In this document: positions 10,892 through 24,589 of the stretch, in pieces
Layout of the letters: every line of letters begins with the position of its first letter
How positions within the stretch are numbered: the first letter of the stretch is position 1
Assembly: GCA_028534125.1 (NCBI GenBank)
Contig: CM052817.1
Location: 5,210,001-5,274,000, forward strand
Reading direction: 5' to 3'
Length of the DNA: 64,000 nt
Source: Lama glama
Taxonomy: Eukaryota
Position numbers and translations under genes: made by a program
Notes under the pieces: model-generated
The model's input: only the letters and a program-made list of their open reading frames with translations
Told to the model about the DNA's origin: nothing
The model's database searches: none

Positions 10892-13849
10892 TCCTCCTAC
10901 CCCGGGTTGACCAGGTCACCAGTCCTGACTGCCTAACAAGCTCCCCCTGGGGGCTCGGATACTTTTCCCTGCATTCAGAGTGTGATAGGGGTGCTCGTAG
11001 TCTTTCCTTACAGCGTTCTTCAATTCGGAATTTCAGAGAATGGGCAGAGGGAACTGGCCCCCTGGGCTGTGTAAGCAGAGTGGTCCCTTCCTCCCCATTG
11101 TCTGAGAGATGAGGGCCCATCTGCCTTGTATTTACAGACTCAGAGAGGCTCCTCAGAGTCTTTAGTCCATCTCCCAGGGGCCAAGCATCTCAGGGTGGCT
11201 TCTGGCAACCTGAAGCAATCACAGATAGGACCATCTGTGGGCCCACTAAGCGTGCTGTACATGGATCCTCTCACCTAAATGGATTCTCTGCTAATCCTTG
11301 GGGGTGGGTGTTGTACGTTTCACAGTGAGAAGGAGGCTCAGAGAAGTGAGTCACTCCTCTCAGGTCACATCATGGGCCAGCGGCAAAGCTAATATGCCTC
11401 TCAGAGTTCATAACAGCATTTTAATAAAGGTGTTACATTTTAATAGAGAAGTAAAATTGGATTTGTGCCTTAATCATCAGCTTTTTTTTAGCTATCCTGG
11501 GGCCAGACTACATTCCAAACTTTTAAAACCACTTTTGGATTGATTAGTGCGGAACAAAACGGCTTCTAAGGAGAGTGCTTGACAAAGCCAGGCTCTTAAC
11601 TTCCGGTGAAAGTCGGCCATGACGCTGAAGTGGAAACTTGATAATATCCATTATTTATCATACTGGTTCCCCCGTCATCCCTTTAAAAAAATGGACGGAG
11701 GCCCAGATATCCTAAATACCATGCTTCTTCCAGGTGGGAAAAATAATAATGTTCTCTGTTCTGCCTTTTTTTGGTATTCAAATAAAGTTTATAGAGAACT
11801 CAAGGTTTATTCCAGCTGGGGGTTAAGGAGAAGCAGAAAGTTCTGACTGCCGCCCAAATCTTGGCAACAAGTCTGGCATGAGTGAGAAAAATGACATTGC
11901 GAAGGTCACTTCCTTTTTCTAAGTCCCAGTGAAAATGAGAGGCATAAGCAGAGAGCTGTAAGTCCCCTCCAAATCCCATGTTCCACCAGGCTCTGGTCCT
12001 GCAGACACCCCCCCATCCCAGGACCCCCTCCCCCAGGAATAGAAGATTGCTCTGGAGAAAGGGAGGCCCCGAGGCCCTTCTGCGGTCCAATATGGGTAAC
12101 ACCTTCATAATCGGAGCATTTACGAGGCCCAGATGCTACTCCTGGCTCACACTATGGCTACGAATCTTAATATCTTGGCCTTTCCTTATCTGCATTTTCC
12201 ACATTGGTGAGGCAGGGACGATAACACTGGGCTGAAACCTACCATGGAAATATGAAACAGCTTCCTTTAAAACGTTATAAAGCTACAAGGAGAGACCTTT
12301 TGGAAACAAGGTATGGTGGCCCCCACCTTGCTTACCAACTGGGCCACTGCCAGGTTTATGTGCAAAACCGCCCTCCCCGCATGGCCACTGCAGACTGCTG
12401 GGGGCGCCTCCTCTGCAGAAGGTTCACACCAACGTCTCTGTCACTGAGCAAGAGGAGGATCATTTGATGAGCCAGAGGACACAGTTATGGCTGGATGTCG
12501 GTGAGGGGACAGCATGACACCTCGTTTTGCAAATAGCAATCCCTTTAGAGAGAAATGAGAAGCCCAGCAGAATGTGTGGGCCCACTCGTCCAGGGCAGGG
12601 CCTTCTCTGAGCTTGGGAGACAGAACTTCTTGTTCCAAGGGAAGGAGGAAGGATCTTCTCTAAAACTGGAATGAAGGGTTCCAGTAGTCCTCTAAAGCGT
12701 CTCTCCCTCCCTCCTGGACACCATCTCCCCGGGTCTGGCCGAAGGAAGCACCAGCCAATCGTGGGGCTCAAATGTCCCACGAGGAAGTCTATGCTAGAGA
12801 TGGATGTTTGCATAAACAGGTTTAAATATTAGTCTGCACTAATGGCTGTCTCTGCTGTTCATGAGCCAGTTACTGATGAGAATCTTTATTTTATAGCCCA
12901 TAGATTTTTGCACAAGTGGAAAGGAGGGAATGAAAGCCAAGACATGGCCGGGACCCAAGGCCTGATTTCTAAGCCTGATGCCTGGTTTCCGGTGTGAGCA
13001 ATGGGGTGGGCATCGGGGTCATGCCTCCGATGGGGAGCCCTGGAGAAGGAGCAGCAGGAAGGAAGACATGAGCTCGGTTTGGGAGTTTTTGAGTCTAACC
13101 TTCCAGGACCGAGACCAACGGGGTAGTTAGTCAATTGTTCAGTATCTACTGAGCCTGAGATGAAGTCTAGACGTGAAGGATTCATGGACAATGCAATTCT
13201 GACCATACACTGGCAGCTCAAGCCTCAGAGTTTCTCTCACCCCCAGGACGTGGGTGGAGAATTTGGGAGGGGGGCAAGATTCCAGCATTGGTGGAGTTAC
13301 ATTACTGGCCCCAAAGAGGCAGTTTTAAACCAGAAGTGACTGAGTTACCTTGAATTGGCCAGAAAACATTTCCACCAACAGTAAGGCAAGCCGAGTTCAG
13401 TGGGAGAAAACTTCGGTTCTTGAGTCCAATACTACTAGAGAAGGAGAAAAAAGGGAGGCTGGAAGGAGGCAGGTGGGCCGAGAAAGTCGCTTCACATCAC
13501 CACCAAGATGAGGTACAAGTAAGTGCCTCCTTTCTCAGCCCGCAGAGGAGTCAGAGGAGAAAACGGTGTTGCGGGCACTTGTGCAAACTCAAAGGGACCC
13601 TCTCTGATTATGAAATATAATTTTTGAAAGTAGATGTTTATTTAGGAATGCCAGCTGCTGGACCCTCATTGAGAGTTGTTTAGCTCACAGCTCATCTCGA
13701 AAGCAGTGGTCTCCAATATTTTTGGATCTGGTATTCATTCAGTAAAAGCCAATTTGCACCATGAGTACGTGTTAATTTCTTTACGGATACAGTATGTGTC
13801 CTACGATCAATGGCTAATGTCCCAAGACACAACAAACGACTTAAGGCAA

Positions 13850-14232
13850 AAGGTAAGCCCAAATCACGGAGACAGTAAAGAGATCTGCGGTTGCCAGGCG
13901 TTTGGAGGGAGGGAGGCATGAACACAGAGGACACTGAGGGCTGTGAAATGATGGTGTGATATTGTAGTGGAGGGTATCTGACCGTCTACATTTGCCAAAA
14001 CCTATAGAATGTACAGCATAAAGGATAAACCCGGAGTCAGCCGTGGACTTTGATTAATTCTAATGAAACCGGATTGGCTCCCCTCAGTTGGAGCCCCGAG
14101 GTAAGATGTCAATAACAGGGGAAGTTCTCGGGTTGAAGGAGGGTGTGTGGGAACTGTCTGTACTTTCCATTCAATTTGGTCTACAAACCAAAATCTGCTC
14201 AGCAAAAATAAAATCTTTTAATGTAAAAAAAG
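13850..14232 (+). mobile_element. L1MC-type LINE-1 3' UTR remnant
   Basis: ggagacagtaaagagatctgcggttgccagg...tacatttgccaaaacctatagaatgtaca...gggaactgtctgtactttcc...aataaaatc. Confidence 0.75.
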
Positions 14233-15063
14233 TTTTCTTGACAAGCCGTTTTATTCAAGAATCCCACGTCGTTTTAAAACACGAACCCCTCCAGAAAAGT
14301 GTTTTCGTTTTCTGTGACTCCAGTGAAATGAATTTGACCACCGGCATTCATCCGAAGGCAAAGCAGGCGGGTCTAATCCTTGTGAAAACTTATAAGCCAA
14401 CCCTGTTTTGACATTGTGAAAATCCATTTCTTAGAAGCCTTTCTATCCCGAAGCGAATCTGATACGGTCTCCTTTCATCGGCCGCTGGGGGTTATTCTAA
14501 GGGGGTGGTCTCCCGGTTCTTTTTGTTATTTCTGGAGTTTAAAATAAGCTCTGTGTTGTTATGGAGGAGAGGAAGGTACATGAAAAGCTTAACGGTTCCA
14601 TTTTATGTTCCAGAACTCAAATATTTCAAAATCAATTATTCAGCTCTTTGCTAGAGTCTTCAAAACACGACCTAAGTCATCACAGAGATGCCTACGGGGC
14701 AGGAGGCCCGGAATGGCCTCTTTGTTGTCATTCCGAAGGCCCCGCTTGCATATTGGCAACTGGTGGATCTGCCTAGAGCCCGAGTCAGCATCTCGCTGAC
14801 TCCTGTCTTCCTCTGCCTCCCTTTTTCTCTGTCATCCCGGAACGCTGGGAGCAGAGTGGCTGCTGCCCGCCACAGCCCCCGCCTCTCCGGGTCCCATTCT
14901 TTTCTCAAGGATGCTCACCTGCCCTGTACTGTTTGGGGCATTTCCCTGTATTCTGTCACTTCATAACCAAGTAACCTCAAAGTGTGGATACTACAATTAT
15001 CCCATTTTCCAGATGAGGAAACTGAGGCCAGAGATACAAAGTAGCTCTACTGCTTAAAAAATT

Positions 15064-15467
15064 TTGCAGCCACATGGATGGACCTAGAGATGATCACACA
15101 AAGTGACTTAAGTCAGAAGGAGAAAGATAAATATCATGTGATACCACTTATATGTGGAATCTTAAAAATGATACAAATGAACTTATTTGCAAAACAGAAA
15201 GAGACTCACAGACATAGCAAACAAACTTATGGTTACCAAAGGGGGAAAGGGGTGGGGGAGGGATCAATTAAGAGTTTGGGATTCACAGATACACTACTAT
15301 ATATAAAATAGATAAACATAAGGTCCTACTGTACAGCACAGGGAACTATATTTAATGACTTGTAATAATCTATAATGGAAAAGATTCTGAAAAAGAATAT
15401 ATATATAACCAAATCATTTTGCTATACACCTGAAAGATTGTAAACCATCTACACTTCAATTAAAAAA
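15064..15467 (+). mobile_element. 5'-truncated artiodactyl/camelid L1 3' end
   Basis: gcagccacatggatggacctagag (ORF2 end, MDLEMITQS) followed by a 3' UTR ending cttcaattaaaaaag. Confidence 0.9.
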
Positions 15468-15788
15468 GAGCCCCAGGGATTCATGGTGTCTAAGCTTTGT
15501 GCTGAGCTGGTAGAGAGGAAAGGGCTGGTGGACCTGGGCCCCCTTCCTGACCTTGGCCAGGAGTAAGAGCAGGGACCATTGATTAGCTGCTTCCTGTCAG
15601 TCATTAGGACAATTTTCTTGAGAGCCTACTCCGTGCCTGGAGCTGTGCCAGAGGACTGGGGTGTGTCAGCAACGCTGGAAAAGGGCACCGCCTTTGAGGA
15701 GCTTACGTTCTTGTGGAATGAACCATGCACGACAGACATCATAAAGAAATGAGTCTGTATGACAGTAGAAGGTGATCCGTGCTCCGGA

Positions 15789-15956
15789 CAGGGCCGGCCT
15801 TCCAGGGTGTGGCCTGTGCACGTACCCAGAGCCCCACACCCAGGAGGGCCCCGAGTTCAGTTTAATGCTCAGTTGTCTCCAGCTTGAAGACCTAAATCGT
15901 TTTTGAACAAGGGACCCTGTATTCTTATTTTGCACTGGGCTTGAGTCCTGGCTCCA
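15789..15956. mobile_element. hAT-Tip100 MITE, MER91-like
   Basis: cagggccggccttc terminus; tttttgaacaagggaccctgtattcttattttgcactgggc. Confidence 0.65.
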
Positions 15957-16096
15957 GAAACAGAGAAATTACAGCAGATGAGGAAGACTCGGATGGTCTG
16001 GGTGGGGATGGGCCAGCCTGCCGTTTGGAGCATGTGGGTCCCCATGGGCTTCCTTGAAAAGGGGATAAGGGAGGGGATTCTTTCACAAGGGCCGCT

Positions 16097-16491
16097 TTGA
16101 CAAATTACCAAAACTTGGTGACTTACAACAAGAGGAATTTCTTCTCTATTTTGGAGGCCAGAAGTCCAAAATCAAAGTGTTGGCAGGGTTGGTCCCTTCT
16201 GGAGTCTCTGAGGCAGGATCTGTTCCATGCCCCCTCCTGGTTTCTGGAGGTTGATGGCAATCCGTGGTGTGCTTGGTTTGTAAATGCGTCAGTCAAATCT
16301 CTGCCGCCTTCTTCACATGGCCTTCTCCTCCATGTCTGTGTCTCTTCTCTTTTATAAGGACACCAGTTGTTGGGTTTAGGGTCCACTCTTATCCAAGATG
16401 ACCTCATCTTAAGTAATTACATCTGCAAAAACTCTATTTCTAAAGAAGGTCACATTCACAGGCATTGATGGACACAATTCAGCCCACAATA
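16097..16491 (-). mobile_element. MaLR solo LTR, MLT1C-like
   Basis: ggaggccagaagtccaaaatcaaagtgttggcaggg...tataaggacaccagt...aaggtcacattcacagg...aattcagcccacaa. Confidence 0.85.
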
Positions 16492-16779
16492 AGGGGTGAG
16501 TCCAGTGGGTATTGAGGGAAGAGCATTCTAAGCACAGAGAGCAGGCAGTGCAAAGGCCCTGTGGCAGGAGTATGTCTGGCATGCTTGAGGAAGAGCAGAA
16601 TTTGGTGTCCAGCTGGACCCTTAGGCACTCCAGAGGGAGCTAAGACCACATGCAACTGCATGATGGGTGAAGAAAGAGCCCCTATATTTAGCCATAGAAA
16701 AAAATAGGAAATCCTGTGGTTTTCAACAACATGAACGAAACTTGAGGGCATTATGGTAAGTGAAATATGTCTAGTTTAG

Positions 16780-19700
16780 TAATCTTCACTCTTACTTGTA
16801 TTATTTCCTCCCTTTACATTACTTAGACTTATTTTTGTACTTTTTCTAACTTATTCAGCTGGATCCTCACCGTTGCATTTGGGCTGTGCTGCCTTGTTTA
16901 TGTTGATCAGATAAAATTTTGTAATTCTGTTATTTAACTCTTCCACATTCCTACTGAGTTTTTATCTGTATGTTCTATCAATTATCGAATCCGTTCACCA
17001 AATTCTTCCACTATGACTTTATTTCTTTATTTTCATTACCTTTTTCCTCTTTTTAGTTCTCTTAACTTTTGCTTTATAAATTTTTAAGCTATGCTATTAA
17101 ATATGCATATAAATTTTGAATTGATATACATTACTGGTGAATTAACCCTTTTATGAAACATCATTTTGTATATTTAAAAGGCTTCTTGTCTTAAAGTCTA
17201 CTTTGTCTGATATTAGTATAACCACACGAGATTTCTTTTGGTTAGTTAGTGCTGCATGGTAAATATTTTCCCTTCTTTTGTTTCCAATTTTTTTTGTCTT
17301 TACTTTTAATGTGTGCTCTAGAAAGCTACAGATCACTGGGTATTATTTCTTTTATCATGTCTGACAGTTTATTCTATTAATTGGAATATTTAGTTCATTC
17401 ACATTTAATACCATTTCTGATGTAATTGGTTTAAATCAGCATCTTGCTGTTTCTTTCTTATTTTTGTCCCAACTATTCTATATTAATTACTCTTTCTTCT
17501 CTTTCTTGCCTTTCTTTTGATTAAGGAATATTTTCTTATTCCTTTCTCCCTTCTGTACATGTGTTTGTCATCCATTCTTTTGCCATATTTTTACTGCTTA
17601 TTCTAGACATTACAATATGCATCTTTGACTTATTAGAGTTAAATATAAATTTGTAATTTTACTACTTCCTGGGTAATAAAAGGAACTCAGAACACTTTAA
17701 CTCCATGAATATTCTCTGACTTGTTTTGTTATTGTCACATATTTTAGTTCTACATGCATACCAGACCTTGAAATTATGCATACAGTTAATATTCATTTAC
17801 ACTTCCTTATATATTCACCCTTTCCATCACTCTTCATTCTTTCCTGAAGGTCAGTGCTCCCATTTAGCACTGTGTTTTTTCCACCTGAAGAATTCCTCCT
17901 AATATTTCCTTTGGTGTAGGTTTGTTCATTGTTTCTTTCCTCAATTTTTTTTTGATCTAATATGTCTTTGTTTCATATTCATATTTCCCTCCAAATTATC
18001 CAGCTTAATTTGGATCTTTAAATTATTTTGATGATCCAGAGTATTTTTCATAAAATTTTCAAGACCCAAAGGCTCATTTTAGTATGATATCTTGATGGAA
18101 TCATTTGTTCAGTGTTGAGTTGAGAACAATTTACTGTTTACAGCTTTGAGATACAAATTCACATACAGTAAAATTAACCTATTTTAAATGTACAGTTTAA
18201 CGATCTTTGATCAGTGTACACTGCCAGCAACAACCATCAGAGTCAAGTTTAAGAACAGGTTCATCACCCACTGAAGGGTCTCCCTTGACTCCCTCCCACA
18301 CCCTCAGCCCCATGAAATTACTCATCTGCTCTATCGTTATAACTTTCCATTTTGTAGAATTTAACCAGTGGAATCACGTAGCATGGAGTAACTGTGTGAC
18401 TGGTTTCTTGCACTTAGTTAGATGTTTTGGAGATTCACCCATGTGGTTATGTGCATCAGTCCCCCCCTGTTCATTGCTGGGCAGCATCCTGTGGTACAGA
18501 TTTGTTATATTTCCTTTATCTATTTACAGGTTAGGTGGATTTGGGTTGATTCCATTTTGCTTTCAGTTTGCAAGAATGTTTTTGCCAACGACACAATTCA
18601 AAGTTGGTAGCTGTTTTCTACCGATGCATTATTTATTAATTCTTTTAGATTTCGTTTGTTCTTAGAAACCTCTATCTTGTCTTCATTTTTGAGTGATTTT
18701 TTTTTTCCTGGGTTGATCATTCTGTTGACAGATTTTTTTTTTCTTTTTCTTTTCAGTCTTTTAACGATGTCGCTCAATTGTCTTCTGGCTCACATGGCTT
18801 CTGACAAGACATCTGCTGTAATTCTTACCTTTCTTCCTCTGGATGGAATGTGTCTTTTTTTCTCTGACTGCCTCCAAGATTTTCTCCTTACTTTTACTCT
18901 TCAGCTGTTTGAATATGTTTTGCCTAGATTTTTTTAAAAAAATATTTCTCCTGTTGGGAATTCTCTGGGCTTCTTAGGTCTCTGGTTTGTTGTGATTAAT
19001 TACTTTTGGGAAATTCTCAGCCTTTATCTCTACAAGGATTCTTTTGCCCTGATTTCTTTCTCTTCTCCTTCTAGGATTCAATAATACGTATAATAGAACA
19101 CTTGACATTGTTCCAGCTCTTGTGTACTCTGCTCTGTTTTTTGCACTTTTTTCCCCCTTTATGTTTCTGTTGGGTAATTCCTACTTGCCTGTATTCATAT
19201 GTACTGATTCTTCCCCTTTCTATGTTGAGTCTGTTGATAAGCCTGTAGAAAGCATTCTCTATTTATGTTACTAATATTTTTATTTCTTACATTTCCTTTT
19301 GACTCTTACGATGTGCCTCTCTCTGCTGAAATACTCCCATTTGTTCATGTAAATACATACAGTCTACCTCCTCCACTAGAGCCTTTGACACAATTAATTG
19401 TAGTGTGTTGAATTTCCTTTCTGATGGTTACAAATTGTGGGTCCTCATTTAGTCTGGTTCTGTTGATTGTATCATCTCTTGACTGAAAATTTTCTCCTTG
19501 CTTTTTTATGTGCCTCATTTTTTGATTGACTGCTAGATCTCATATTTGGAAAAGTAGAGACTGGCATAAATAGCTTTTATGCCTGGAAATGGACACACCT
19601 TGTCTAGCAGGCTGTTACTGTCAAGACTGGTTCAATTCAGTATGGCTTTTAATTGGCTTTAGGTTTTGTTGTTACTGTGGTTGTCTCCAGCACATCACCA

Positions 19701-20060
19701 GATTCAAATTTCTCTGGCGTTACGTCTGACTTAGAATAGGGCCTGTTTATCCTAGGATTTTTCACAGTAAACCTGGTTTGCTCTCAGCTTTGAGGCTTCC
19801 CTATGAGCCTGTGTCTCAGAGAGGTCTCTCCCCACACCTCTGCTCAACCCCCAGTGGTAGAGTGTCGCTGCTGGTTACCTGGTGCTTGCTAGCCTGGCTG
19901 AGGGAGCAGGGAGCGATCCCTGTGTCCTGGGTCAGGCGCAATCCTAGGCAAGCCTTGTGCTCCTGGGGCTCATGAGTAGGACTTTCTCAGTGATCTTGCA
20001 TCTCCCTGAACAGCAGGAAACCTACGGGTCCAGGCTGGCTTCTTTCTCCTCACCCAGCGA
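16780..20060 (-). mobile_element. Mosaic of ancient L1M/L1ME fragments (ORF2, ORF1, 5' UTR), with a nested L1ME 3' end at about 18130-18560
   Basis: T-rich plus strand; minus-strand translation KKSRVVILISDKVDFKTRS (ORF 17151-17336) resembles the L1 endonuclease N-terminus; no long ORF. Confidence 0.75.
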
Positions 20061-20109
20061 TAAAGGGATCCCCCCACCACCACCTGGGTCTAGAGTGCCT
20101 TGATCAAGT

Positions 20110-20465
20110 GGGAAGTCGTATGAGACAATGTAAAAGGAATCAAGGGACCAGAATACGTAAGGCTTCAAACCCACAGTGAAACCTGGGGTTCTACGGTGAG
20201 TGGCATAAAAAACTACCAGAGGGTTTTGATCAGTGACATGACTTGACATACTTGAAAAAAAAAAAAATCAGTCTAGCTACCTTGTGAAAAACTAAACCAG
20301 AGGGATAAGAATAAAAAATTAGTTGGGAGGCTCCAGCAATAAGCCAAGGCAGAAGTGACAGTGGCTTGAACAAGTATGGGAGCAGTCGAGGAGACAAGTG
20401 ATCTTTGGTTTAGGACACAGACAGGATTTGCTGGGGGGTGAGATGTGGGATGTAAGAGGAACAGA
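20110..20465 (-). mobile_element. L2 LINE fragment, apparently continuing the L2 at about 15595-16620
   Basis: gttgggaggctccagcaataagccaaggcagaagtgacagtggcttgaac...gacaggatttgctg...gatgtggga. Confidence 0.65.
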
Positions 20466-21049
20466 ATGTTTGTCTCGCACGCCACTTCCTTTTCCCTTAC
20501 TTTTGATGTCAATGTCTCATTACATTTTAGGTTTGTTTCTAGTGAATAGCATAGAACAGGGTATTATAACTTCCATCTGAGACTTTCTAAATTTTAATAA
20601 ATTTTAATCCCTTTTCATTTATTGTAATTTCTGTTCTTACTATTGTTATTTGTAACTTTGTTCACTTTTTAATTTTAATTCTTCTTTTTTATCCTCTCCT
20701 GACCTTTATCAGATTACTGCTGGTTTTAAAATATATATATACATTTTAAATAATATATATACATATTATTATTCCTTCTTTGGTCCTTTTTGCTTGTTTG
20801 AAAGTTAGATAATCTATTTCCATTATTTCAGAAGTTATCCTTTAAGTTTTCAATGTGCATATTTGACAGAACAAAAGAGAAACTCAGTTTATAACCTAAA
20901 TTTTGTCACTAAGTAGTGATGAAACCTTAGCCAAATCAGGTTTTCTCATATTCTTTCATTTACTCCGTGCCAGATTTCAGTGATATGTGGAAAGCAGGTT
21001 AGAGACCAGTATGCTTTCAAACCACATCCTGTACTTCTTATACCTCCCG

Positions 21050-21390
21050 TCAAAAACGCAGAGCCCGGCAACATGCTACTGAGCGAAAGGAGCCAGACAC
21101 AGAAGAGGGCACATGGTATGCGTCCATTTATGTAAAAACTAGAGGTAAAATTAATCACAGTCAAAAGTCAGGATGGTGGATCCCCAAAGGCAGAGGGGAG
21201 ATGGATACTGACGGGAAGGGGCCTGAGGGGGCGCTGAGCAGCTGGTAACGAACGGTCTGGGCACCGTGTTCACAGCTGTGTTCAGTTTATGAATATCATC
21301 AAGCTGTGTACTTATAATATGTATGATTTTCGTGTGTATATCATATTCTGGTGGAAGGATTTGAAATTTTATTTTCAAAGAAAAAAATGA
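21050..21390 (+). mobile_element. L1ME-type 3' UTR remnant
   Basis: atgctactgagcgaaaggagccagacacagaagagggcacatggtatgcgtccatttat...catcaagctgtgtactta. Confidence 0.75.
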
Positions 21391-22319
21391 AAAATGAAAC
21401 AAAGAAAACATCAGAGTCTCAGAGTCTTGGTTGTCAAGGAACATGTCACTCTGTTGGTTACTTTGAACTTCCCCAGACAAGCGGGTGAAGACAGCCATTG
21501 AGCTAGATGTCCAGAGAAGAACCCGGCCTGGTTCCCATCTTCACGAAGGTCTCTAACTAGAAGAAGGGATGAGCTGGTTTTCTGAAAATACATAATTTCA
21601 TTTGACAAGTGCTATAACAGAGTTTTTTATAAGATGAGGCCGAGGGGACAAGTGAATAACATCCTGAAGGAGGAAAAAGCTCTCGAAGGAGCTGACTCGT
21701 GGGCTTTCCTCAAGACAAGCACATGTCCCTGTTGCGAGGTGTGCGCGAGAGCACACTCCATATTGGGAAACCCAGGTAGGTTGCTGTGTCCTGAGCTTTG
21801 GGTTCCAAGGAGCAGATGGGGCTGAAGGAGCAAATAGGGAGTGGCCATGAAGGACCTGGTGGCCTGGCCCCAGTGTCCCAGCAGAGACTCTCGGATGGTG
21901 GAATCCAGACTCGAGAGGAAGAAAACGAATACTGGCAGAGGTACAATGGGCCAGACCATAGTTTTTTGCAGCCTCTATCCTAATTTACCCTCTGGGCTAC
22001 CCTAGGAAAAGGTGGTTGTTGGCTAACCAGAAGCTTAATTAACCCATTTTTTTTTTTCTGAAGCATTCTGATCATTATCTCAGCTGCAATACGAAGGAGC
22101 GGGAATTGTGGAGTCTACAGGTCACTCGTGCTGAACACTAATTCTTTCTTCCCATTGCGGACCAGCTGTGTGGCCTTGGGAAAGTCCTTCAACAGCTCAA
22201 GCCCGCCAATGCCTCCTGGTTAAAATAGGGAACCAAACTTTGTGCTCAGGGCAGGGACCAGAACACATAATCTCTTAAGAACAATGTTATTCCAAGTCTG
22301 TGACTCTGTGGTAATGATG

Positions 22320-22560
22320 AGTAGCACAGACTCAAGTCTTGCTAGACACCAAGTGTTACTAACTGCCTTACGCATGGAAACCCCATCCTCACAGCAGTAT
22401 TATGGGGAAATACTGTCATCAGCCCCGATTTACAGACCAGAAACCTGAAGCACGAAGAGGTTAAGTGACTCGTTTAAGGCTGGCAGACAAGAACGAGCAA
22501 AACGGGGATTTGAACTCAAGAAATCTGTCCTTAGCTTCCACATCTTTGGCAACTCTGTTT
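22320..22560 (-). mobile_element. MIR SINE
   Basis: cccgatttacagaccagaaacctgaagcacgaagaggttaagtgact...ggatttgaactcaag. Confidence 0.75.
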
Positions 22561-24156
22561 TAGTCCCTCTAGGCAAGCCAAAGATGTTGAAACATATATT
22601 TTTTACTTCTGGAGAAATTCATATAGTTGCTTAAAAATATTGTTTTCCTTTTCATCCTGTTTCCCATGGAGTTTGCTCCAAAGCAAAATTCCCTTCAGGT
22701 TCATTTAATTTGGCATCAAGTGTTTTATTGGTCAAACATCCATTTTTATTAACATTTCATCTTATGAAAGTTCAGTGTAATTGCATTGGTTACATTTTCT
22801 CACAAAATTATTTTCACAGGGAAAAAAAAAAAACCAGCTTAGCAGAATCATTGTGTTTGAAATCAGAAGGAGGTAAAAGCCAAAAAGACAGTCTCTCTTG
22901 CAAAGCAGCGTCCACCTTTCCTCCCTGGAGAAGGCACCATTGGAGTTTCCCAACAGGGTCCTCATCACTGTTCAATTTAGGGTCTTAAGGTGACATCAAG
23001 AAGGATTGATTGCCATTTCAATCCTCGGATTCCATGGAAACTGTGAAATGAGAAGCAAGTATACTCAAGTTACAGAATGTCAGAGCTGCTTTGAGAATCG
23101 TTAGTTTAACCCTCATCGAGAAATTGCGGTTCAGAGGCACCATGTCTTCTCCAATGTCATGCAGCCATTTAACATTAACTCTGAACTTGGGTTTTCTGGG
23201 TTTTGCTCAAGTAGTCTCCCCACTAGTCCAATCCCAGGAAAAAGAAGCTGAATAAAATAAAATAAAATAAAATAAGGTTTGAGGTTTGAGCTTGATTTTA
23301 TCTTCAACAAAATGGTAGGATTGAATCTTAAAATGTTTCAATTACGGATAACACATAAAAATAAAAGAGTAAGATGTCAGGGGAGAATATGAAGGGGAGA
23401 GGCTAACAAAGAGGCCCTGAAGTCTCATCAAAGAAATGACCGAGCGCCAGTGTCCATCACTGGCCAGCCTCTAGAAGCCCCTAATTTCCAGAAAGGACAA
23501 CCTTACTGCAAACTTCCAATTTGCGCTGGCAAATACATTAATGTTTCAGAAAGGCAGTGTGACTATTCATTAAGAAGTTCTAGACAGCCTGTAATCCTAG
23601 CTCATAGGAAATTACGGCCCTCTTAAGCAAATCCAGGTTTGTTGTTTCAAGCCAGAGGTCTGCAACGCTCAGAGAGATATTACTGGTTTATTAAAAATTA
23701 TATGGAAAGAAGGCAGGAGGCCAAGCCTGACTGTCTTCAAAGACGGTAAGCAGTTTCCATTAACCCAGGCATCAGAATAACTAAGAATTTTCACATGCTT
23801 GTGAACAAGGTGCAAAACGTTTACAACAGATCACTGAATTTAGAGAGGAGCTGGCACTTAGCAGAAAGACATGGGAGCCCTCCATCGATGAATGTGGCAG
23901 TGCCACTTACCAGCTAGAGGCCTTGATGAAACCTCGTCACCCAGGTGAATCACCTGAGTCCACCAGGAGACAACACGGTGGATGCACTGAGTCATGGCTC
24001 CACCCCTGCTTTGCTCCTTACCTACTGTGTTATCTTGGGTTGGCCACTTCACCTGTATGAGCCTCCATTTCTTTACCTGCAAGGTGGGCATAATGATGCA
24101 GGCATCACAGAACTATTAGAAAAAGTCAATGTCTGGAAATGCATAACGTTTTTAGC

Positions 24157-24165
24157 ATTATTAAC

Positions 24166-24199
<34 letters not shown>

Positions 24200-24215
24200 A
24201 TTATTATTATTATTA
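24157..24215. repeat. (ATT)n microsatellite at the tail of a MIR (about 24020-24156)
   Basis: Seen directly; it produces the poly-Ile ORFs. Confidence 0.95.
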
Positions 24216-24589
24216 CCTGATCTCCAACTCTGCCCACATAAGAAGTGTCCATGTTACAAGGACAAGAGATGTGGTGCATAGTTTTGGTGGAATCAGAGTT
24301 TGGAAATGTTAAAAATGTCAAAGTTTAGATCTGATGATGCAGGAAATAGGGAGCCACTGATGAAACAGACTTTTTATTAATGAAATAGCATGCAGACCTG
24401 CATTTAAGAAAGACTGATTTGACAGGATTATGCCAAAGAGGAGAAAGACCGAACGTTGGTAGATCTGCTCAGAGGTGGCTATAGCAATGCAGGCAGGAGG
24501 GAGACAGTGTGGGAGGCAGTCCCCAGACATCTAAAGAATCTTTGAAGGTGAAATACAGAGACACAAACAAGTAGGGGGAAAGGTAACTT

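Noticed and set aside
12392..12408. CTCF site (actgctgggggcgc)
   Set aside because: It lacks the near-invariant A of the core, and a single degenerate match is not enough.
23945..24321. Poly-Ile membrane-like ORFs
   Set aside because: Translation of the (ATT)n microsatellite and the adjacent MIR.
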